A DNA stretch of 63,356 nucleotides, filler included, from Aduncisulcus paluster (lineage: Eukaryota), in NCBI GenBank assembly GCA_024181965.1. It is 4 parts of 4 records of this genome, joined end to end, with 100 filler letters (N's around TTAATTAATTAA, not from the genome) between each part and the next. Parts side by side here need not be neighbours in the genome. Positions count along the whole stretch, not along the records: positions 13,164 to 28,048 come from BQXS01012643.1; positions 28,149 to 48,765 come from BQXS01012644.1; 2 more parts are not named here. The stretch is one strand, 5' to 3'. Positions 21,263-32,858 of the stretch are shown one piece after another (the first letter of the stretch is position 1; each line of letters begins with the position of its first letter). Made by a program: the position numbers and the translations under genes. A model generated the notes under the pieces. The model did not search any database and had not been told where the DNA came from. It was given only the letters and a program-made list of their open reading frames with translations.

Positions 21263-24200
21263 ATGGATCATATCACTGATGATAAAGATTCTGTTTCAAG
21301 CAGTAATCGGGAGAAATCAACATCATCATCGAGTTCTCATGATGATATCCCGATGCTCGATATCCATATATATGCACCAATCCAGTCCTCTCTGCAATCA
21401 GAAGAACCTTGTGAATCTCTAGGTCATCCTGTGTCTCCTACAAATAATTCTCTACAGCATTCTTCAACGATTAGATCTGTTAACGATGAAGAGACTGTTT
21501 CTACCGAGTGTTCCCAAGGGAGAGCACCTGTAACACTTCCTTTTTCAATCTCATTTATTCCGGGGAGTATTTTTCGAAGATATCAGATTAGAACTCCAAT
21601 ACCATCCCATACTCTTGCTGGATTAGGTCGGGGTATGTTTACTAGGGATAATAATCCTCCTCAAAATATTACTTCCCCATCTGCTGATCCTATTTCATTA
21701 CATCAGCATCTTCCGCCATTGTTTCGATCTTTTCCATTATCACAATCGCAAGATATGTTACTTTCTTCTTTTTTTGAAAGTGAAAAAGAGGAGAACTTAA
21801 TTGATCCCTTTTTTCTAAGTTTTGGGGGGACTGGATCCTCGAAAATATCTAATTCTCCATCATACTCGTTATCACTATTTAAAGTTATTACCATGGAGGA
21901 GGCTAGGTCTTTTCTTTCACGTACCCCTCCGCCCGAAATTCGCAAGCGGAGAGATCTGCTATCAATTTCGTATAAAGCGCGTTCCAAGGTCCGTAAACCC
22001 GTTCCCTATCGTCGCCAAGGTCAATGTTCAAGTTTTTTCTCAGGAATGGATGTTATTAAAAACGAATGGGAGAAACTTGATTGCTTATCATTTTCTGATT
22101 CTCCATCTGAGAGCTCATCTCACTTAAATCCAATTCAACTCTCCCTTTTATCATCAAAGCATTCTTCCACCACTCACAAACAACATAAATCTCTGTTATA
22201 CCAACTTTCATCTAACTCTGGTGGTTCTAGTGGTATTAATTCCACTTCTGATCGTAAATCTACATCGAATCATTTTTCTAATTCCAACACTGGAATGATG
22301 CGTCGTCCATCAGTCTCTATCCAAAACGATGATCTCTTTGCGCCTTCCAAATCTAAGAGTTTCCAGGGCTCTTCTATCTCACAGCTCTCCAATCCAAACC
22401 AACGTACAAGGCTCGTTTCCTTCCCAGGTGTTCACACTCCGCTCTCTCTACCTCTTTTGCTCCCCGATATGCAACCTCTGAAGGCACAGTATCATGCTCT
22501 GACCCTCTCTCGAACATCCTGTAGTAGTGACATGGATGCCATTCCCCTCTTTGACACATGGATGACAAAGGGCACAGCAAGGGATGGACAAGGGAGGGGC
22601 AGCAACTCATCAGCATTGGCTGGATCCTCCAAGATGCTCCATCACCATCTCCAGAGTTTAAATGGATCCATTCTATCCACTTTACACTCCACAACTGCTG
22701 CTAGCACAAGCACTGACCAGGGGAGTGCTGGTGGTAGTAATAATAATAATAATAATAATAATACCTCATCTGGCTCTGGGGGAGGAGCTTCGATTACAGC
22801 TTCATCAATACCCTCTGCTAATGGGATTATTGGATCCTCTGGGACTGGAATGATGGGTTCGTCCAATGGGATTTCTTCACTCAGTGAGAGGAAAAGCGGG
22901 TCATCTCGGATAACCACAGCTTCTGCTCTAACTCAGGATGGAAAGATCTCTGTTGTTCAGAAAGAAGAGCATCTTGCTTCGTTGATCCTATTCACACATC
23001 GAGCGCTCAAAACATTCCTTCCGCCGCCTCTTCTGGCTCTGTTGATCAGGGAGATTGAGAAAGAAACTGCTGAAGGAGTGAGGAAAAGAGAAGAGGAGGC
23101 CAGGAGAAGGTATTTTGAGAGGCAACAACGTTGGAAGAGAGCTGAGAAGAAGAAGATCGATAAGGAGAAAGTAAGAAGGGATAAAATTAGTCAAAAAATA
23201 CAGAAACTTAGAAAGAACAGAGAAAGAAAGCAAGAGAAAAACATGTTCAAAGCTTCGTCTCACAAAAGCCAGACAGCGAATAATAATACGATAAAAGTTG
23301 ATTTGGTGGACTTTGATGCTATGAAAGGAACTAGTGAAAAAATCACGAAAGAAGGAGAAGAAGCCAAGGAAATAGAGAGTCTGTCAACTGTTGGGACAAG
23401 TATGACAACCAATACAACCAATGCTTATGAACCTCCATTGATGGGTGGTTCCTCGACCGTATCTGGTCTTCGTCCGTCAATATCTATGGAAGAAATAAGA
23501 ATTCAGAAACAATTTGATGAGGAATTGGGCCAATTTAGAGAGACAATGGTCCAATCGTTGCAGAAGTTTAAGGTGCAAGAACAAAACAGAATTAATGAGG
23601 AAAATATGATGCAATTGAACAAGTGTGGGAAAGTCAAGAGAGTTCAAAGACCTAAAACTCCTCGAGGGGTTCCTCATTGTTCTATTTTTAGAAATTCTTC
23701 TTCTCAAGATGAATATTCTGAGAAAATTACAACTTCTACAACCACTCAGGATTCCCATCTTCCACCAATGTTTATTTCATCTGGAGTTCCAATTCCCAAG
23801 AAACATATATATTCCTCTTCCAATAGAGCTTCTTCCAACGATAACTATCCTTCCCCGCTCTCTCTTTCGATCCCACAAACTGAACAGTACTTCCAAAAGG
23901 ATAGTGACACTGGAACACCTTCTGGTGATAGAATCATTGTAAAATCAAGGTCTAAGGTTCAATCCTTATCGCGGACAAATATTAAGACGTGTTCTCTGCC
24001 TGTATCTCCTCCACCTCTCCACACTAGCCTTATTCCTGGTGCATCTGATGTTCCCACTGGGTCTCAAGGCACTGGACAACAAGGTGGCAAGAATCCCCTT
24101 CTTGCCCCTGCCCTCTTCACAAAGCTATCTGCGTTGAAATACAACCAAGAGCATGGTGACAATGATATATTCGAAGGATTGCCTTCGGGTCAGAACACAG

Positions 24201-27200
24201 CCAGCGTTGGCGATCTTCCATCCCATTCCCAATCATGTCCTCACTCTCCTCTCTTCTCTCGGTCGCCGCATCAGGTCCATTCTCCATCACACGTTGGATA
24301 TGGTATTCATTCACACACGGCTACTCGGTCGTTTGGAATAGAGATGAAGGGGAGAGCACTTGGTGGGCCTCTATTGTTGAAGGAAGAAGATGGACCAAAT
24401 AAGGCAAGGGGTGGCGAAGGAACCATGATGCCTATGTCTGCACGTCATGACACACAACACGAGCCTGTGAAATTTATGAAGGGAGGTGAAAGAAGATCGA
24501 TATTAAAGAAGTCTGGGATGAGAAATGGTCTAAATTTGGATTTTGAGAAGAAGTTGAGGTCCAACTCATCCAGATCTTCACATTCCCTCCATCACCAACC
24601 GCTTATTCCAGAGCAACAGGTAGATCCGTCTGTTCCCACTCACATTGTTAAGGCTACTTCTTTAACTTCCAGTGCGGTTTCCTCTTCGTCTTCACGGGTC
24701 CTCCCTGTAGGTGGTATTGGAGTGATGTCTTCAAGGAAAGAGTTTCTCAACAATATTTCAACATCCCAAATCTCTTCCCTGACCTGTTCAACGTCCTCCT
24801 CAGAAGACAATCCCAGTCACCATGCCCACAGTATCAGGAATGGTAGGAATCTCTCAGATATTCCTCTTGGGGAGTCTATCAAGGAATACAGCAGTGAAAG
24901 TGATCACATGCCCTTTATTTGTGAACACTGTGGTAAAGCTATTCCTTCAAAACGTCCTATCAATACTCACAAACATTCCACTGATTATATCACTTCTCCT
25001 CAATCCTCTAAACACCACCAGAAAGCTTTGTCTGCTTCTTCTCATGAAGCCCCGTACCCGTATTGTCAACATCCATACTCATCCGATCCTTCTGATATCC
25101 GACTCGATGGNNNNNNNNNNNNNNNNNNNNTGAAAGTGATCACATGCCCTTTATTTGTGAACACTGTGGTAAAGCTATTCCTTCAAAACGTCCTATCAAT
25201 ACTCACAAACATTCCACTGATTATATCACTTCTCCTCAATCCTCTAAACACCACCAGAAAGCTTTGTCTGCTTCTTCTCATGAAGCCCCGTACCCGTATT
25301 GTCAACATCCATACTCATCCGATCCTTCTGATATCCGACTCGATGGATCCAGCATGTCTTCTATTGATGCAGTGGAAGGTGACATGTGGTGTCCATGTAG
25401 ACATCCCGTGTATCCTTCCTTCCTTGAGAGACCCATCTCACCCATTATCCACATGACACTATTCCCACAAAGGAACATACTCTGTAATTCGGAGGAAGAG
25501 GCCATTACTTTCCCATCGGCTCGCAAGAAAGCTCCATCAACGATACGTTCTCAAGGACATTCCTCACACTCTCAGGGGCATAGTAGCGATGAGAGCTCCC
25601 AGCAACAGCTTTCTGCTGGCAAGATAGGCCAATCATTCCTTCCTTATTCGGTCATCAGTGACACTGCTTCCAATAATAACTCAAGTGGTTGGTACCAGTC
25701 TGCACTGCCACTGACAGACAAAGATAGAGAAACTCTTGAACAACGAGAGAGAGATATCCAATGTGGAGTGTACGGATGTGTCGGATATGGGGGAAAATAT
25801 AGTATTCGAAACTCCTTTTTGCCCCATGTTTTCACCGAAAGTATATCGGAACTGCAGAACAGATTGCTTCGGGAAGAAGAGGAAGAAAATGAAAGGATCA
25901 GACAAAAAGAAGAAGATGCTGAGAAATTGAAGGGTGGGAAAAAGAAACACTTTAGTCTTCTTTCTCTTGGTAAAAGGGGTTCGAATAACTCTCTTTCCAA
26001 GCATAGGGAACAGAAGAAACGTATGGCGGCCACTGAAGCAGAGGATGATGAAGAAGGAATGTTTGATAAAGATCGGTCGGTTCTTGTCCATTTGTCATCA
26101 TCTTTTGCAAGAGCTATTCCACAAGGACCCTCTGCCTTGCCCCCAACATTACCTCTATCCTCACAATGTGCCTCCATGTCTGAGATATCGCCCGAGAAGA
26201 GTGATATGGATGATGTAACTGTCTCTCACGAAGGTGTTGGTGATCTGAGTGGTTCAATCAACCAACATAGCGGAAGTGTAAGCACTAGTCGTCTTGACGG
26301 CAAAGAACTTTCTTCGTCCAGGACATCTCGTGCCGTCATTCTTTCTGATCCACCTAGTGATGACCCACAAGGGCAGGCTGTGTCCAATCGGGCTGATTCT
26401 CCTTCTGGGAGTGGCACAGGCCATACCACTCGGAATATCATTTCAAACGTTGTTGGAATCCTTTCTGGAGTTTCAGGTGAAGAGGAACATGGGAACTCTC
26501 CTGAATGTGCCAATAATGTGGAGTTGTCCCGTGAAGATGTCCGTTTATCCATGCATTCTCCTGGGTCATCTCCTTCAGTTTGCTCATCCTCCCCTGCTTC
26601 CTCTTCTTCCACGTCTCCTATTTCCCCCATTTCTGATGATGTTTCCTCTTCTTACTCTTTCACTGCCTCACAGCTCTCCACTATCTCTCAGCATCTCGAG
26701 CATGTGGTTAGCAAGGAAGCTAGAAGGACAAGGAATTCAACAAGGATAACTATGAATGGGAAAGGGGTGAAAGATGTATCTGGTTCAGATGTAAATGGGG
26801 GAAAGGTCAAAGACAAAGCCTCCACTGTGGTTCATGATGGAGATCTTGAGTTGTCTGATGATGAAGCCATTGGTAACACTGGTGATAATAATGTCAGTAA
26901 GACTATGCCCAAGGCTATGGTGAGATCTTCATCGAAGGAGACAGGAATCAAGAGAGCATATAACTCTCTTTCTATCCTGAAACCAACGAGAATGCATGCT
27001 CTGACCCATCATTTGAGAAACTCCTCATCTCTGTCTCTCTTCATATTCACTGGATCCGACCTCTCTCTGTCTGCCCTCTATGACTCATTTACTTCTGTCA
27101 ATGTTATTCTGATCGAGGCACAGGCAATGCTTAATGGCGTCAGGAGTGGGGGTCTCCTGGATGAAGCCGTGGGAATATGTGTTCGTGAAAGTGTGTGTCT

Positions 27201-28048
27201 ATGGATGTGGAAACGAGGCCTTGGGAAGGTTAATCTTGGACGAGTCAGGATGAGAGTTTCTTCTCAAGACATTGAAACAAGAAAACTCATTGTTGGGAAT
27301 CAGTCAGAGCAAAGAAGAAGTGTGCAAAACTCAAGTCAGCATGTATCCATGGATGATGATCCCAGTTCCTCCGAATCTATTCACATTACTGCTCCATCAA
27401 ACCCTTCAAACAATAGTGAAATTGTTGACCCTTTTGCCATTGATGCGCCTGTGAAAGAGCTATCATTGAGTGACGAGGGATCTTCGTATGTTGAGCATGA
27501 TATTGCTACAGATGTACATAATGGCGGCAATATCAACAATGGAATGGATTGTGGGATGAGTATTTCTGACAATCGGGCAGGCAAACATGACGGCAAGAGT
27601 GTTGTAATTCATCCATCCCCATACCTTATCAGTATAGATTCTGCCAGGTCAAAGAAGGATTCAAACATCATCATTGGTCAACAGCAGGGTCAGAAACCGT
27701 TACTGATTAAACATCCCTTGAAACCCTTGGTTGGAGAACATTTCACTCAACTATTCCTTCCGTCATTTGTATTTTATCCGTCATCTGATACCTTGTTCAC
27801 AGCCAAAACGATGTTACACCAATTGAAATCGCACTCTGTCCGTTCCGCTAAGATGGGAGTTCTTCGTATCACACGCTTTAGATCTCTATTCCGGACCAAG
27901 TCAATGCAACGAAAGCTGATATCTGTCAAGACGGAACTTCGAAAGTTGAGGAACGATTGTGTTTCCTGGATGTGGCGAGGAGATAGTGTATCGTTTGTAC
28001 AAGCTATTGATGAACTCATGAATGCTTGTCGTGAGGAGTGGAGAAGAG
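21263..28048 (+). CDS. Very large Ser-rich hypothetical protein (over 2100 aa), 3' truncated
   Basis: ORFs 21263.. and 25144.. become one frame once the duplicated overlap (24895-25110 = 25131-25346) is collapsed. Confidence 0.75.
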
Positions 28049-28148
28049 NNNNNNNNNNNNNNNNNNNNNNNNNNNNNNNNNNNNNNNNNNNNTTAATTAA
28101 TTAANNNNNNNNNNNNNNNNNNNNNNNNNNNNNNNNNNNNNNNNNNNN
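28049..28148. other. Artificial contig linker (N44-TTAATTAATTAA-N44)
   Basis: Spacer at 28093-28104. Confidence 0.95.
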
Positions 28149-28897
28149 ATACACCACCTCCATCTCGAGACATGCGATGGAAAGTGGTTATTTAAAACAT
28201 TTTACTGTGGTTTTGAAGGTGACTGGGCATCATTTAACGCGGAGAAGTGGTTGATAACTTCTTGGATCTTATCCATCTAACCAATGGTCTAGATCCTGTT
28301 GTGATCAATTTTTGGGGTGGTTTCCAAACTTTGTCTTCTTTTTGTTAACGATGTCGACTGCCATCAACCAAAATCTGATTATATGCCTTCGATCTGGAGG
28401 GTCGCTGTATAGATTTCATCAATTCAACAACATTTTTCGGTGTGTGCGTGCAATCTATATTTGAATGCTTTTGAATACGACTCATCTTGCCATATTGCGA
28501 TTGGTATTTTCTCATTTATCCTTGATGCAGTATTGAGTGAGCGATACAATTGTCATAAATTCGATCACTAACGTGCCAATATGTCAATAAATTAAGAAAT
28601 ATATCAAATATATCACTGTATCATCCCATTTTAACTGAAATGCCAGAATTAGTCTCGATCGAAATACTGCGGGTTTGCGAGAAAATTCGACTCTTTTTTC
28701 TTTGAATAAAAAATAAAAACATAATCAGAATCTCTCAAAAACTCTAGGTTTATTTTCCTGTATTCTAGGACAATTTAGAATTATATCCATGGAAATTATC
28801 CTTGGAGGTTGTCAACTTTCGTATGCGAAAAATACCCATTTCTAAATCATTTATTTTTTGCTCTGGCCCCCAGATTTCTGTCCAATCCACTCTTTAT

Positions 28898-30610
28898 ATG
28901 GACAATCAATTCCTTGTAAGGCTATTAGATCCGGATCATGATGTTCCGTGTCTTCGAGTAGGGTATGCACAAATCAATTCTGTGCTTGTAGAACAATTCA
29001 AAAAAATTAAGTTATTACATAGGAAAATAGGAAAGTTAGAAGATCATATTAAATTATTAGAAAAAGAAAATGACCAAAAATCGGCAATTATTCGTGATAT
29101 CCAGCGTATTGGGTCTTGTCTTGGAATTCCAATTGAGAGTTCCATGATGAAAGATACTTCAGAAATTAGGCAAATTGTGAGAGAAGCCGCTATACCAACC
29201 TCTGATCCATCATGGGAAACTTCCGATTTTATGAAAAAAATGAGTTCCATATCATATTGTTCTGAAATGTGCACAAATGTTTTCAAAGACGTTGGAGAAT
29301 TGCAACATAGGATGGATTCCTTTGAAGAAATTCTTATTTTACTTGGAGTGATATCTGTGGACAGTTCGGAACAAACACAAAAGAAGAAAGAAGGAGCTAA
29401 GAGAGATGAAGCTGAAAATCCAGAAAAATTAACATCTTCAAGTGAGAAAGATGACATAACAAGCAAAGAAACCCCCATTTCTCATCATAAACATGCTGAT
29501 AAACCACATAAATCCCACCTTTCCTTTTCTATATCGAATAATCCAGTTTTCTCCTTTGTAAAGAAAGATGAATTAGAATATCAAGTTAAATCGTTACGAA
29601 CTGTGTCAGAAAACCTTGCTAAACAACTTGATAATGTTATGGATTATGTTAAAACTAAGTCTAACGGACAAGATGAACTCCTCCAACGAATTAAAAGACA
29701 TATTGCTTCCATTGAGAGAATAATAGGAGTTGGAGAGATAAAAGGAATCCCCAAAACACCAAAAACATTGGGTCCAAAGCCATCCAAGGAATCTGAGACC
29801 TTTGACGATTTCGATGACAAATCAAGGCTTTTTGCTGATTCTCTGACTCTTTCTAATCTTCAACCATCAACTATAATAGAAAAAGACGAGACCGAAGAGC
29901 ATCCAACCCATGAGAGTGAACAAGATCTTCCTCGTGTGACATCTTCAGTATCTTCTTTACATTCGTTTCCAACAGTTGGAATCCGTCCAAAAATTGAAGA
30001 AAAGGGAAAGACAAAACGGCCCTCCTTCTTTTCTCGTTTTAGCAACTACGAAGCACAGCTCCACGAGTGTGTTTCCATGCTATCTTCCCTTCAGGTTGGA
30101 ATGGATGAGATGAAATACCAATTCGATGAGACCGAGAAGATATTCCACGAAAAATACACGGAAACCGAGGAATGGCAAGTTAGAGCCCTGAAATGTCTGG
30201 ATGATTCTTGTGACAAGCAGAGAACTCTTGAAGGAGATATCGCTGATGCTCTCGAGAGTCTCAAGAAAGAAATTAAACATCATGTGATGGATGAATCAGG
30301 GAAGATATGGGATAAGATTGACTCAATGTCACAGCAATTTTCAGAACAATCAACAAAAGTCACATCTAAATTACTCCCCCTCGAAGATCTTCCTAGACTC
30401 CTCAAAGAAGCTAAGAAATCCTCTCAGTTGTGGACCCAAGACCAGATATCAAAACTAATTGATGAAGATATTCCACTTCGATTTGATAAACTCATCTCTC
30501 AAATGAAAAAACAACTCGATATAAAAAAGGATGTGAAAATTTCTACAGGTTCTCCAAAATCTTGGAATCCAGGAGAACTCTCCAGACGATTATCCGTTGA
30601 TGATGAATAG
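28898..30610 (+). CDS. Coiled-coil hypothetical protein
   Basis: About 570-aa ORF with heptad-rich segments; start placed at MDNQFLV (uncertain). Confidence 0.75.
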   Translation: MDNQFLVRLLDPDHDVPCLRVGYAQINSVLVEQFKKIKLLHRKIGKLEDHIKLLEKENDQKSAIIRDIQRIGSCLGIPIESSMMKDTSEIRQIVREAAIPTSDPSWETSDFMKKMSSISYCSEMCTNVFKDVGELQHRMDSFEEILILLGVISVDSSEQTQKKKEGAKRDEAENPEKLTSSSEKDDITSKETPISHHKHADKPHKSHLSFSISNNPVFSFVKKDELEYQVKSLRTVSENLAKQLDNVMDYVKTKSNGQDELLQRIKRHIASIERIIGVGEIKGIPKTPKTLGPKPSKESETFDDFDDKSRLFADSLTLSNLQPSTIIEKDETEEHPTHESEQDLPRVTSSVSSLHSFPTVGIRPKIEEKGKTKRPSFFSRFSNYEAQLHECVSMLSSLQVGMDEMKYQFDETEKIFHEKYTETEEWQVRALKCLDDSCDKQRTLEGDIADALESLKKEIKHHVMDESGKIWDKIDSMSQQFSEQSTKVTSKLLPLEDLPRLLKEAKKSSQLWTQDQISKLIDEDIPLRFDKLISQMKKQLDIKKDVKISTGSPKSWNPGELSRRLSVDDE

Positions 30611-30922
30611 AAGATTATCCATAATATATATTGTATCATTAATTTATGATATCGAAAGAATATTATTTTTGTTCTTCAAGATATTAATAGCCTATATAAC
30701 CGAGCTGTTAGCCCACCCTTTCAATATTAACATATTCTTGTTTTTTAAAATTAAAAATGGTTTTCCTCCCATTTTTTGAATAAAAGATTTTTTACCTCAT
30801 TTTATTTCGCTCTGAGGGCTTGGCTCCTCACATCAATTCGATTTTTTTTTGTCGACATCAAGGCTTTGAATTCATAATTTTCTATTCAACAACAAATATT
30901 ATCCTAATACAATCTATTAAAA

Positions 30923-31981
30923 ATGTCCTCAATTGATATGTGTACGATTTGTCGGGACAGCTTTTACGTTGATCCATCTAAAGCTATTGTCCACCCCGAT
31001 TGTTGTAACCATCATTACCATGTTGATTGCATTAGTGGATTAACTACTAAAAGGTGTCCTCTCTGTCGAAAACCATATGATGAGCTTGTTCCTGTCATTC
31101 GACAAAGTAGTGTTTTCGTTGACGGGGATTTTGCCGAGGAAAAGACGGATTCCTCTGCAATTGAAGAAGATCGCAAAAGATTTCTGAGTGTATTTCCACG
31201 TGACGGCCCCCATAAATGCCGTATGATCCATCAATCCTTGCTCAGACGTCGTGGAAATGTGGAGATCAGTGCTGATGCTGTTTCTGTCTTTCATGGGAAT
31301 GAAAAGGTCCTTAGATGCATTGCAATTGATGATTTTATAATTAGAGATCTTCACCTTTCCCTCGACGGTCTGCAATTTATTCTTGTTGCATTGAAAGTGT
31401 ATTCTCCTGCGATTAAATCCATTTCTTTTGAAAATTGTAATATCACAACTGAACATATGAAGTTATTGGGAAAAATGCTCCCAAAAGATCTTCGTAGAAT
31501 CTCACTTTGCCGGAATAACATCACTGACGATGGATTATGTGCTTTCAGAGACGCTTTAGCCGTAAGAGATGGTGGATCTGTTCAATTTAGATATTTAGAT
31601 CTTATTAATTTCAATAATAATTGCATTACAGATCGGGGAGTTGGGGTTATTTCCTCTCTATTCGAACACCATTTCAGTGGTGTTGAAGAAATCCTCTTAG
31701 ACCTCAATGAGATTGACAAAAAAGCAGCAGAGCTTTTCAAAAATGCAATTGATTTTCTTAACATTCAAGCAATTAGTTTAAAACACAACAAACTATCGAC
31801 TGCATCTCTTCAAGCCCTTATCGTTGAGGTTGAACGGGTAGCCGATCAGCTTCAGATTATTTCCCTTCATCTTGGATATAATCCTTGTTCAGACTGTGTT
31901 CCTACTCTCCTTAAGGCCAGAATCGGCAAGATATTTGATCCACGTCCTTCCTATCACATAAGTGGATTAGTGCTTGAGTGA
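30923..31981 (+). CDS. RING-H2 finger plus leucine-rich repeat protein (putative E3 ligase)
   Basis: CTIC...CNHHYHVDC...CPLC followed by RI-like LRRs (ISLCRNNITDDG, INFNNNCITDRG). Confidence 0.88.
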   Translation: MSSIDMCTICRDSFYVDPSKAIVHPDCCNHHYHVDCISGLTTKRCPLCRKPYDELVPVIRQSSVFVDGDFAEEKTDSSAIEEDRKRFLSVFPRDGPHKCRMIHQSLLRRRGNVEISADAVSVFHGNEKVLRCIAIDDFIIRDLHLSLDGLQFILVALKVYSPAIKSISFENCNITTEHMKLLGKMLPKDLRRISLCRNNITDDGLCAFRDALAVRDGGSVQFRYLDLINFNNNCITDRGVGVISSLFEHHFSGVEEILLDLNEIDKKAAELFKNAIDFLNIQAISLKHNKLSTASLQALIVEVERVADQLQIISLHLGYNPCSDCVPTLLKARIGKIFDPRPSYHISGLVLE

Positions 31982-32079
31982 TCCTCCCTTTTGATAACTT
32001 TATTCTTTCGCATCATCTAGATCCCATGTTAACAAATGTTAATCACTAATAAATAACTAATAATAAGCTTTAATTATGA

Positions 32080-32571
32080 TTATTTCTTTTTCTTACTTTT
32101 ATCGAATATTTTCTTTGCAGTTTCATGAAAGGACGTAGTAATGGCGGAACTACCTTCTTGTTTGTATGTAATTTTTCTTGTTGAATGCAACAAATCAATA
32201 AAATCTGCTATGACTTCATCGTGCTGGGAAAATTCTTTCCATTCCGGGTTAAGTAAAATCTCTTTTTCTTGAGTTTTTAGCCATTCTTTAAAATAAGAAC
32301 TATAAGAATATAGTGATTGTATGGCATAATCTCTTTCACGTTCAATCTGCTCTATAAGTTGTTCTTTCGACAAAATAACTTCACTATCATCTTTCTTCTT
32401 AATATTACATATTTTTGATTCAATTAATACCGCAGTGGAAGCATGTTTTTTAGCTACAGCCAACTTAAGATGTTTAGTTCGCCCTCGCCGTTTTTTTGGC
32501 TTTTCTGCACTATCTCTCAACTTTTTCAGTTTTTCAATGTCATTATCAATTAATATTGTCCCTTTATCCAT
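32080..32571 (-). CDS. Small basic helical hypothetical protein
   Basis: 163-aa ATG-initiated ORF with an NLS-like KPKKRRGR. Confidence 0.65.
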   Translation of the reverse strand: MDKGTILIDNDIEKLKKLRDSAEKPKKRRGRTKHLKLAVAKKHASTAVLIESKICNIKKKDDSEVILSKEQLIEQIERERDYAIQSLYSYSSYFKEWLKTQEKEILLNPEWKEFSQHDEVIADFIDLLHSTRKITYKQEGSSAITTSFHETAKKIFDKSKKKK

Positions 32572-32858
32572 TATTTTCTATTTCATAATCGGGTCAAACA
32601 GAAAAATAAATCAACAGTTTATCAAAAAGCCATAATATTCTAGCAGTAAAGATATTCCTCGACTAATTCTTTATTAAAATAAAAATCTATATGGGTCAAA
32701 CAATATTTCTTTTACCAAGAAAAAAGATACATTGAATGTGTGGAATTTCCGTTTCATATAATATTAAGAGACTAGGTAGGCACCCACAAGCAAATTCCAG
32801 CATAAGAATAAGCCAGGACCAAGAAGATCATCGCCAAATTCACAAAAATATTATAAAA

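Noticed and set aside
27895..28048. Katanin p80 con80-like motif at the end of the giant protein
   Set aside because: Weak similarity requiring an insertion, truncated by the linker, and no WD40 repeats.
28149..28800. Possible gene or transposon remnant at contig start
   Set aside because: Only short frames (under 60 aa) with no motif that I can identify.
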